From Actinomycetota bacterium (GTDB taxonomy: Bacteria; Actinomycetota; Thermoleophilia; Gaiellales; F1-60-MAGs149), in NCBI GenBank assembly GCA_947478745.1, contig CANJXE010000003.1:1-44320 (forward strand): DNA of 44,320 nucleotides. The letters are read 5' to 3'. The position numbers were made by a program, and so were the translations under genes. Positions 37,177 through 44,320 of this stretch are shown in pieces (position 1 is the stretch's first letter; each line of letters opens with the position of its first letter). The notes under the pieces are model-generated. The model worked only from the letters and a program-made list of their open reading frames with translations, had not been told where the DNA came from and made no database searches.

Positions 37177-37659
37177 GTGGACACCGGATGGAATCACTGG
37201 CTGCCGAAGGTGCTGCAGGAGGTCCTGGGTGCGCTCGACGCCTCCGAGACGCGCCGCCGCAAGGCCTTCACGGGCCTGGCGGCGCCCGCCGATGCCCTGG
37301 GCCTGCTCGAGTGGGAGCGCTTCCGCCTGGTCGCGCCCTCCCGCCTCGACGTCCCGGCCGTGCCGAGCGATCTCTCCGCCGACGACGCGGTGCTGCTGCT
37401 GGAGGGTCTGGGCCTGGCCGAGGGCGAGCCGCCGCGCCGGATTGCGCATCCCGACCCCGTCGAGACGGTGCTGACGCTCGAGCACGAGGATGTGCGCGAG
37501 CTGGAGCGCCTGCGCGCGGCGATCGAGCCGGGTGCCATCACGACCCCGACCGAGGCTCTGCCCGACCTCGGCGCCGCATTCGGCGGTGCCAAGGTCGGAC
37601 GCAACGATCCGTGCCCCTGCGGCTCGGGCCGCAAGTTCAAGAAGTGCCACGGCGCCTAG
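37177..37659 (+). CDS. SEC-C motif protein with an uncharacterised N-terminal region
   Basis: C-terminal [21 protein letters not shown]; TAGTGT + 6 nt + GTG. Confidence 0.85.
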   Translation: MDTGWNHWLPKVLQEVLGALDASETRRRKAFTGLAAPADALGLLEWERFRLVAPSRLDVPAVPSDLSADDAVLLLEGLGLAEGEPPRRIAHPDPVETVLTLEHEDVRELERLRAAIEPGAITTPTEALPDLGAAFGGAKVGRNDPCPCGSGRKFKKCHGA

Positions 37660-37674
37660 CGGCGCCGCGCTGCC

Positions 37675-38760
37675 TCAGAAGACGCGCTTGCCGAAGGCGA
37701 GACGATCCTTGTAGTAGCCCTTGTCCCAACGGGCGAGCGCGATGCCCTGCCCGGAGGACTGGATGAAGAGCTGGCTGGAGATCGCCATGCCGGTGTGGCC
37801 GATGCTGCCGGAGGCGGCCGTGACGCCACCGCTGCCGAACAGGAGCACGTCGGCGGGGGCGATCTTGTCGGCCGTCAGGCGCTGCTCGGCCGGGGTCTTG
37901 CCAGCCATCTCGTAGGTGGTGCGGCCACCCAGCGCCTTGGCCACCGTGACGGGCGAGGTCGGGTCGAGCGCCGTGACGCGCCACACGAACCCGGAGCAGT
38001 CGAACCCGCCGGCCGTGTTGTAGCCGAACAGGATCTGCGGCTTCTCGGAGGTCCCGCCCCAGATGTAGGGCATGCCGATGAAGTCGAAGCCACGCTGGAT
38101 GGCATCGTGCTGCGGGCCGGTCGTGGCCGGCAGGAGCGCCAGCAACTCGACGGTATCGATCGCGTCCTGCTTCTCCCAGCCACCCCACTGCAGAACCTGC
38201 GAGGCGCTCCAGATGGCATCGCCGCGGGCGGCCTGCTCGTACCAGGCGTGCTCCTTGGCGTCATCGACCTGATCCAGGTTGGTGCGGAGGCGCAGGAGGC
38301 GCGCAACGATCTCGTAGCCGACGCCCGGACGTGCGACGTACCCGGTCTGGGTGATCAGCTGCTCAGCGCGGACGGCGGTGGCGTCCAGCCCCGCCGCGCT
38401 GACGAAGGCCCGATCCACGTCGCCCAGCGTCACCGGCTGACCGGCGGCGATCTGCCGCGCACGCTTCGCCGACTTCGGGAAGGCCGCGGTGACGAACGCC
38501 GACAGCGACGGCCCGTCGAGCACGCCGTCCGGATCGATCGCGTCTGCCGTGACACCCGGGAACGCTCCCGTATTGAGCACCGTGACGATCGCGCTGCTCA
38601 CCCAGGAACGCGTCGTGGGGGGCTGCGTGGAGATCGCAGCCGCGACCGGGCGCTTCTTCACCGGCTTGCGCTTCTTGCGCTTCGCGTCTGCGATGCCGCT
38701 GAAGGCGACGAGCGCGATCAGGACGAGGGCCGTGGTCTTGGTGAGGCGGGAGATAGTCAT
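37675..38760 (-). CDS. Secreted NlpC/P60 peptidoglycan endopeptidase
   Basis: Signal peptide followed by a Lys/Arg-rich stretch; GMPYIWGG, FDCSGFV and GHTG catalytic motifs. Confidence 0.92.
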   Translation of the reverse strand: MTISRLTKTTALVLIALVAFSGIADAKRKKRKPVKKRPVAAAISTQPPTTRSWVSSAIVTVLNTGAFPGVTADAIDPDGVLDGPSLSAFVTAAFPKSAKRARQIAAGQPVTLGDVDRAFVSAAGLDATAVRAEQLITQTGYVARPGVGYEIVARLLRLRTNLDQVDDAKEHAWYEQAARGDAIWSASQVLQWGGWEKQDAIDTVELLALLPATTGPQHDAIQRGFDFIGMPYIWGGTSEKPQILFGYNTAGGFDCSGFVWRVTALDPTSPVTVAKALGGRTTYEMAGKTPAEQRLTADKIAPADVLLFGSGGVTAASGSIGHTGMAISSQLFIQSSGQGIALARWDKGYYKDRLAFGKRVF

Positions 38761-38789
38761 CGTTGTGATAGACGCTTAAGGGTCTCTCT

Positions 38790-38905
38790 GTCACCCTGAG
38801 GCTGGGTTCCTCAGGTGGGGATCGAGACTCTAGGTGCCCCCCACTCTACAGCGCAAGCTCCAGGCCGTTGCGCTTTCGTAACTGTCTCGACCAAACCCTG
38901 AGGGT
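38790..38905 (-). ncRNA. Candidate structured 5' leader RNA of the NlpC/P60 gene (family not recognised)
   Basis: Three nested helices (CCUCAGG/CCUGAGG, GGUCGAGAC/GUCUCGAUC, AGCGCAA/UUGCGCU) plus a competing downstream CCUCAGG. Confidence 0.45.
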
Positions 38906-39014
38906 GGGCCAAATAATTGGCATGGATACAGGTAAAACGACGTGATTCGACAACGTAACGAGAAGATCACGATGGCACCAAAAGTCTCAACCATTACCTG
39001 AGTAATGTGCGATT

Positions 39015-39035
39015 GAGGGTGAGACTGGCACCCTC
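39015..39035 (-). terminator. Hairpin 15 nt downstream of the hisA stop (possible terminator)
   Basis: GAGGGTG-N7-CACCCTC; no strong U-tract. Confidence 0.45.
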
Positions 39036-39050
39036 TGCAAAGGTCGAGGG

Positions 39051-39803
39051 TTACGCTTGAGCCTGCAGCAATGCGGCCATGCGCGACGGGTCGTCGAGCA
39101 GCGCGCGACCGACGACCGCGCCGGCGCATCCGAGCGCGCGAGCATCCCGGACATCGGCGGGCGTGGTCACCCCACCCGCGGCGATCACGGCCACCCCGGG
39201 CACCGCCGCGAGCACGCGCTCGAGCAGCTGGAGGTCCGGACCGCCGAGCGTGCCGTCGCGATCGATGCCGGTGATCAGCAGCGTCTCGACGCCGAGCTCG
39301 ACGACGGCGCTTGCCGCGATCTCGACGGCGACCCCGGCGTCCTCGACCCAACCGTCGACGCGCACGGTCCCGTCGCGGCTATCGAGGGCCACCGCGATGG
39401 CGCGACCGTGACGGGTCACGAGACGCTCGAGCTCGTCCGGCGAGCGCAGGGCCATCGTGCCGATCAGCACGCGGTCGACGCCCAGGTCGAGCAGCGCATC
39501 CACCGCTGCCGCAGAACGGAGCCCGCCGCCGACCTGGAGCACGGCGCCCGCCGGCTTGCCCGCAGCGAGGGCGGCGATGACGGAGCGATTCGGCTCAGCG
39601 GGCAGTCCCGTGCGTGCGGCATCGAGGTCGATCACGTGCAGCGCGGTGGCGCCGGCCTCCCACCCCATGCTCGCCCGCACGCAGGCGTCGTCCAGCTCGT
39701 TGGTGAGGAGCTGATCGAACTGCCCGTGCAGGAGGCGCACCGCTCGGCCGTCGATCAGATCGATGGCGGGATAGAGGCGGAAGGGATCGGCGCTGGTAGT
39801 CAT
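39051..39803 (-). CDS. hisA: ProFAR isomerase HisA
   Basis: YPAIDLIDGRAVRL, LHVIDLD.A, QVGGGLR, GW, TGIDRDGTL.GP, AGGV. Confidence 0.94.
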   Translation of the reverse strand: MTTSADPFRLYPAIDLIDGRAVRLLHGQFDQLLTNELDDACVRASMGWEAGATALHVIDLDAARTGLPAEPNRSVIAALAAGKPAGAVLQVGGGLRSAAAVDALLDLGVDRVLIGTMALRSPDELERLVTRHGRAIAVALDSRDGTVRVDGWVEDAGVAVEIAASAVVELGVETLLITGIDRDGTLGGPDLQLLERVLAAVPGVAVIAAGGVTTPADVRDARALGCAGAVVGRALLDDPSRMAALLQAQA

Positions 39804-39804
39804 T

Positions 39805-39822
39805 GTGTTAGCATGCTAACAC
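39805..39822. promoter_or_regulatory. 18-bp perfect palindrome: putative YerC/HisR operator and bidirectional promoter
   Basis: GTGTTAGCATGCTAACAC occupies 18 of the 20 bp between the divergent hisA and yerC start codons. Confidence 0.75.
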
Positions 39823-39823
39823 G

Positions 39824-40138
39824 ATGACCAAGACACCTGACACGAACGACTGGCGCACACCGTCGGTCGAGCAGCTCGCCGACACGCTCGTGTCGATCCA
39901 GGATCGCGAGTCGATGCTGGCCTTCCTGCGCGACGTCTGCTCGCACAACGAGCTGTCGACGCTGGCGCAGCGCCTCGACGTGGCGCGTCTCGTCGATGCC
40001 GGCATCCCCTACGCCGAGATCGCCCGTCGCCTCGGTGCGTCCACCGCCACCGTCACCCGCGTGGCGCAGTGGGTCCGGCACGGCGAGGGCGGCTACCGCT
40101 CGGTGCTGGACGCCGAGGCGGAGGTCCCCGGCGCATGA
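39824..40138 (+). CDS. YerC/YecD TrpR-related repressor (putative HisR)
   Basis: FLRDVCSHNEL..LAQRLDVA.L, HTH YAEIARRLGASTATVTRV, GEGGY; first gene of the his operon. Confidence 0.9.
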   Translation: MTKTPDTNDWRTPSVEQLADTLVSIQDRESMLAFLRDVCSHNELSTLAQRLDVARLVDAGIPYAEIARRLGASTATVTRVAQWVRHGEGGYRSVLDAEAEVPGA

Positions 40139-40995
40139 TCAACGGCATCCTGCGCATCGCCGTCCCCTCCAAGGGGCGCTTGGCCGAGCCGACGCTGACG
40201 CTGCTCCGTGCAGCCGGCCTTCCGATTCCGTCCGATGATCGGCGCCTGCTGGTGCCGATCCCCGACCAGAACGCCGAGATCCTCTTCGCCCGCACCGATG
40301 ACATCCCCACGCTGATCCGCGACGACGCCGCCGACGTCGGCGTCGCCGGCTCCAATCAGCTGCTCGAGCACGGCAGCGATGGCGTGGAGGAGCTGACCCG
40401 GCTCGGCTTCGGCGCCTGCAGCCTCGTGCTGGCCGTCCCCGGCGACTCGCCGATCGTCGGCGTTCACGAGCTCGCCGGGCGCCGCATCGCCACCTCCCAC
40501 CCGGTCGTCCTCCGGTCCTATCTGGCCGAGCAGGGCATCGCCGCCGAGGTGGTCACGCTGACTGGCTCGATCGAGCTCGCCCCGATGATCGGCGCCGCCG
40601 AGGCCGTCTGCGACCTCGTCTCGACCGGCGAGACACTGCGGCAGAACGGATTGCGGCCGATCGAGACGATCCTGCGCTCCGAGGCGGTGCTGCTGACGGC
40701 CGCCAAGCGCCGCGATGCCGCCGGGGTTGACGTGCTCCGCACTGCGGTCGAGTCCGTGCTCGCAGCGCGTCCCAAGCGCTACCTCATGCTCAACGCCCCC
40801 GACGGCGCCCTCGACGCGATCATCGCGCTGCTGCCCGGCATCGACGCGCCCACGGTCCTGCCGCTGGCGCGCTCCGACATGCACGCCGTGCACGCCGTCG
40901 TCGATGCAGCAGATCTGCCGCGACTGCTTCATCCTCTCAAGGAGGCCGGAGCCTCCGGTCTCCTCGTCCTGCCGATCGAGCACCTGATTCCATGA
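40135..40995 (+). CDS. hisG: ATP phosphoribosyltransferase (long form)
   Basis: LRIAVPSKGRL, RTDDIP, GFGAC.L, GSIELAP, DLVSTGETL, plus the C-terminal regulatory domain (PGIDAPT, GASGLL). Confidence 0.96.
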   Translation: MINGILRIAVPSKGRLAEPTLTLLRAAGLPIPSDDRRLLVPIPDQNAEILFARTDDIPTLIRDDAADVGVAGSNQLLEHGSDGVEELTRLGFGACSLVLAVPGDSPIVGVHELAGRRIATSHPVVLRSYLAEQGIAAEVVTLTGSIELAPMIGAAEAVCDLVSTGETLRQNGLRPIETILRSEAVLLTAAKRRDAAGVDVLRTAVESVLAARPKRYLMLNAPDGALDAIIALLPGIDAPTVLPLARSDMHAVHAVVDAADLPRLLHPLKEAGASGLLVLPIEHLIP

Positions 40996-42695
40996 CCGAA
41001 CTCGACATCCCCTGGATCCGCCCCGAGCTGGCCCAGCCCTCTCCGTACCGCTGGCAGGAGGGGATCCCGGCCGGCGACGTCGCACGCTTCGACCTCAATA
41101 CGCTGCCGCTCAACCCCTCGTGGTGGCCCGGCATCGCCCGCACCATTGCCGCCCAGTCCGTCAGCTCGTATCCCGAGGCCGACTACGCGCCGCTCAAGCG
41201 GGCGATCGCCGGCTACCTCGGCATCGATCCCACCTGCGTCGTCCCGACCGCCGGCGGCGACGAGGCGATCCTCCTGACCGCCTGGCTGGCGCTGGGTCGT
41301 GGCGACCGCGCCGTCGTGGGACGTCCGACCTATCAGCTGCACGCCAACAGCGTGCGCATGACCGGCGCCGAGCTCGATCTCGTCGATCCGCTGCCGGGCC
41401 CGACGCTCCGCCTCGATCTGGCGACGATCGCGGAGAAGGCCAAGGGCGCCCGCCTCGTCTGGCTCTGCTCGCCCAACAACCCGACCGGCGAGGACATTCC
41501 CGCTGACGTGATCCGCGAGATCAGCGCCAACTGCTCCGGCCTCGTCTGCGTCGATCAGGCCTACCTCGAGTTCGGCGGCGCGACGGACCATCTCCCCCTG
41601 CTGGCGGAGCTGCCGAACCTCGTCTTCATCCGCACGTTCTCCAAGGGCTGGGGCATGGGCGCGCTGCGGGCGGGCTACGCGATCGCCAATCCGCTCGTGG
41701 CCGGCGCCATGGATGCCCTGCGTCCGCCCGGCTCGCTGTCCACCGGTTCGGCGCTCGGCGCCGAGCTGGCATGCGCGCACGCCGACACGATGCGGAGCGA
41801 CGCGGCCAACTACCGTGCCGAGCGCGAGCGGTTCAGCGCCGGCCTGCGCGAGCTCGGTCTCGACCTGATCGGCGAGGCGGGCAACTTCGCCTGCGCGCGC
41901 ATTCCCTGGTCGGGCGACGAGCTCTTCGCGAAGCTCGCGCCTCAGGGGCTGATCGTCCGCACCTTCGGCCACGAGCCGCTGCTCGCCAATGCCTTCCGCG
42001 CGTGCGTCTCGCTGCCCGCCGACAACGATCGCCTGCTCGCCGCCCTCGCCGACCTGCTGGCCAAGCCCGCGCCGGCACCCGCCGACCCGCTGGTCGGCAC
42101 CAGCACCTTCGGCCGCGGTGCGCTGATCGAGCGCCGGACCAAGGAGACCGACATCCGCCTGCGCACCACGCTCGACGGCAGCGGCAGCGTCTCCGTCGCC
42201 ACCGGCGTCGGCTTCCTCGACCACATGCTGACCGCGCTCGGGCACCACGCCCTGCTGGACTTGGACCTGACCTGCACGGGCGACACCGACATCGATCCGC
42301 ACCACACCGTCGAGGACTGCGGCATCGTCCTCGGCCAGGCGATCGACGCCGCCCTCGGCAACCGCGCCGGCATCCAGCGCTTCGGCGATGCCTCCGCCCC
42401 GCTCGACGAGGCGCTGGGCCGCGCCGTCGTCGACTTCTCCGGGCGCGGCTCGAGCACGGTGCGCATCGCCTTCAGCGGCACGACCATCGGCGAGCTGCCC
42501 ACCACGCTGATTCCCCACCTGATCGACTGCATCGCCGTCAACGCCCGAGCCACGATCCACGTCGAGGCCAGCGGCGAGGACGACCACCACGTGGCCGAGG
42601 CGGCCTTCAAGGCCCTCGCCCGAGCGCTGCGTCAGGCGTGGGCGATCGACCCGCGCCGTGGCGCCCAGATCGCCTCGACCAAGGGCTCGCTCTGA
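40992..42695 (+). CDS. hisC-hisB: Fused histidinol-phosphate aminotransferase / imidazoleglycerol-phosphate dehydratase
   Basis: N-terminal part: YP, CSPNNPTG, DQAY.EF, RTFSK..G...LRAGY. C-terminal part from about nt 42111: RRTKETDI, GFLDHML, HHTVED, DEAL, HHVAEAAFK, STKGSL. No intervening stop. Confidence 0.93.
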   Translation: MTELDIPWIRPELAQPSPYRWQEGIPAGDVARFDLNTLPLNPSWWPGIARTIAAQSVSSYPEADYAPLKRAIAGYLGIDPTCVVPTAGGDEAILLTAWLALGRGDRAVVGRPTYQLHANSVRMTGAELDLVDPLPGPTLRLDLATIAEKAKGARLVWLCSPNNPTGEDIPADVIREISANCSGLVCVDQAYLEFGGATDHLPLLAELPNLVFIRTFSKGWGMGALRAGYAIANPLVAGAMDALRPPGSLSTGSALGAELACAHADTMRSDAANYRAERERFSAGLRELGLDLIGEAGNFACARIPWSGDELFAKLAPQGLIVRTFGHEPLLANAFRACVSLPADNDRLLAALADLLAKPAPAPADPLVGTSTFGRGALIERRTKETDIRLRTTLDGSGSVSVATGVGFLDHMLTALGHHALLDLDLTCTGDTDIDPHHTVEDCGIVLGQAIDAALGNRAGIQRFGDASAPLDEALGRAVVDFSGRGSSTVRIAFSGTTIGELPTTLIPHLIDCIAVNARATIHVEASGEDDHHVAEAAFKALARALRQAWAIDPRRGAQIASTKGSL

Positions 42696-42696
42696 C

Positions 42697-43302
42697 GTGA
42701 CCCCTGTCACGGTCGTCGATTACGGGGGCGGCAACGTCCGCTCGCTGTGCGCCGCGCTCGAGCGCTCCGGCGCCGTGGTGCAGGTCAGCGCCGACCCTGA
42801 GGTGGTCGCCGCATCCGAGCGGCTGATGCTGGCCGGGCAGGGTGCCGCCGGAGCCGCCATGCGGGCGCTCACGGAGACCGGCCTCGACGAGGCGCTGCGC
42901 GACGCCGCCGCGCGCAACGTGCCGCTGCTCGGCGTGTGCGTCGGGCTGCAGGTGCTCTACGAGTACTCCGAGGAGGACGACTGCGCGGGCCTCGGGCTGT
43001 TGCACGGCTTCGTGCACCGGATTCGCGGCGCCGAGCGGCTGCCCCACCTCGGCTGGAACGACGTCGAGCCGGTGCAGCAGCACCCGCTGACCGCCGACCT
43101 GCCCGCCGTCGCCTACTTCGCACACTCCTACGCGGTGACCGCGGACATCCCGTCTGCGCTTGCGATCACCCGCATCGACGAGGCCTCGATCGCCTCCGTG
43201 GTGGCTCGCGGCTCGGTGGCCGGTGCGCAGTTCCATCCCGAGCGCTCGGCCGAGGCCGGCCGCCAGATGCTCCGTCGCTTCCTCGCCTGGGATGGCCGCT
43301 GA
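42697..43302 (+). CDS. hisH: IGP synthase glutaminase subunit
   Basis: [36 protein letters not shown]. Confidence 0.95.
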   Translation: MTPVTVVDYGGGNVRSLCAALERSGAVVQVSADPEVVAASERLMLAGQGAAGAAMRALTETGLDEALRDAAARNVPLLGVCVGLQVLYEYSEEDDCAGLGLLHGFVHRIRGAERLPHLGWNDVEPVQQHPLTADLPAVAYFAHSYAVTADIPSALAITRIDEASIASVVARGSVAGAQFHPERSAEAGRQMLRRFLAWDGR

Positions 43303-44051
43303 TGCTGCGCCGTCGCATCATCCCGTGCCTCGACGTCTCCGGCGGGCGCGTGGTCAAGGGCGTCGAGTTCGTCAACCTGCGCGATTGCGGCGAGCCGATC
43401 GAGGCCGCCCTGCGCTACGCCGAGCAGGGCGCCGACGAGCTCTGCTGGCTCAACATCACCGCCGGCGACGAGGCCTGGCACGAGCTGCTCGAACAGGTGG
43501 CCGGCGCCGGCACCCGCATCGACGTGCCGCTGACCGTCGGCGGCGGCATCTCCGACGAGCTGCACGTGCGCGACCTGCTCAGCGCCGGCGCCGACAAGGT
43601 CTCGATCAACAGCGCGGCCCTCGACCGTCCCGATCTGATCACCGAGTGCGCCGAGCGCCACGGCTCGCAATGCATCGTCGTGGCGATCGATGCCCGGCGC
43701 ACCGGCGACACCTGGGAGGCCGTGGCCTCGGGCGGCCGTCGCTCCACCGGGCGCGATGCGGTCGAGTGGGCCGCCGAAGCCGTCGCCCGTGGGGCCGGCG
43801 AGCTGCTCGTCACGAGCATGGACTCGGACGGCACGCAGCAGGGCTACGCCCTCGAGCTCTACGAGCAACTGCTCGACGAGGTGTCGGTGCCGATCATCGC
43901 CTCGGGCGGCGCCAGCTGTCCGGCGGACATCGCCGACGTCCTGCAGCTCGGAGTCTCTGCCGCGTTGGCCGCCAGCATCTTCCACGATGGCCTACACACG
44001 GTCGAGGAGGTGAAGCGCGCATGTCGGGAACGGAAGCTGCCGATCCGCTGA
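43302..44051 (+). CDS. hisF: IGP synthase cyclase subunit
   Basis: [53 protein letters not shown]. Confidence 0.96.
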   Translation: MLRRRIIPCLDVSGGRVVKGVEFVNLRDCGEPIEAALRYAEQGADELCWLNITAGDEAWHELLEQVAGAGTRIDVPLTVGGGISDELHVRDLLSAGADKVSINSAALDRPDLITECAERHGSQCIVVAIDARRTGDTWEAVASGGRRSTGRDAVEWAAEAVARGAGELLVTSMDSDGTQQGYALELYEQLLDEVSVPIIASGGASCPADIADVLQLGVSAALAASIFHDGLHTVEEVKRACRERKLPIR

Positions 44052-44320
44052 GCCTCGACGGCGAGCCCCGCTTCGACGGGGACGGCCTGATCCCCGCGAT
44101 CTGCCAGGACGCCGTCGACGGTTCGGTGCTGATGCTGGCGTGGATGAACGCCGCTGCGCTGGAGCGCACGCGCACCACGCGCCATGCCTGGTTCTGGTCG
44201 CGCTCGCGGCAGGAGCTGTGGGAGAAGGGCGCCACGAGCGGCAACGTGCTGACCGTCCAGGAGCTCCACCTCGACTGCGATCAGGATGCCCTGCTGCTGC
44301 TGGTCTCCCCCGCCGGACCC
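44021..44320 (+). CDS. hisI: Phosphoribosyl-AMP cyclohydrolase HisI (possibly HisIE), runs off the window end
   Basis: Manual translation from ATG 44021 after GAGGAGG: GLIPAICQD...VLMLAWMN...[18 protein letters not shown]...DCDQDALL. Confidence 0.93.
   Translation, partial: MSGTEAADPLSLDGEPRFDGDGLIPAICQDAVDGSVLMLAWMNAAALERTRTTRHAWFWSRSRQELWEKGATSGNVLTVQELHLDCDQDALLLLVSPAGP

Overview
High-GC, gene-dense chromosomal window that looks actinobacterial, probably class Thermoleophilia (inference from gene style and content). It holds mostly housekeeping genes: gltX (5' part), nfo, gcvT-gcvH, argCJBD, maf-mreB, tRNA-Gly(TCC), upp, B12-dependent nrdJ, and a histidine locus in which hisA is divergent from yerC/hisR-hisG-hisC::hisB-hisH-hisF-hisI. 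Accessory genes include an Mhq-like dioxygenase/esterase pair, an orphan ECF sigma factor, a 6-hydroxynicotine-oxidase-like flavoenzyme next to an NCS1 permease, and a LuxR-type two-component system divergent from two secreted pentapeptide-repeat paralogs. No integrase, transposase, CRISPR array or rRNA was seen. The best leads are: (1) an 18-bp perfect palindrome that fills the 20-bp hisA/yerC intergenic gap and looks like both a bidirectional promoter and an operator; (2) an in-frame HisC-HisB fusion; (3) a multi-stem, switch-like RNA candidate upstream of an NlpC/P60 hydrolase; (4) a probable ATC start codon for mreB; (5) the two-component/pentapeptide cassette; (6) a Ser-x-x repeat protein; (7) pervasive leaderless genes, including a 17-codon uORF before gcvT. 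All calls come from reading motifs by eye; no database searches were run.
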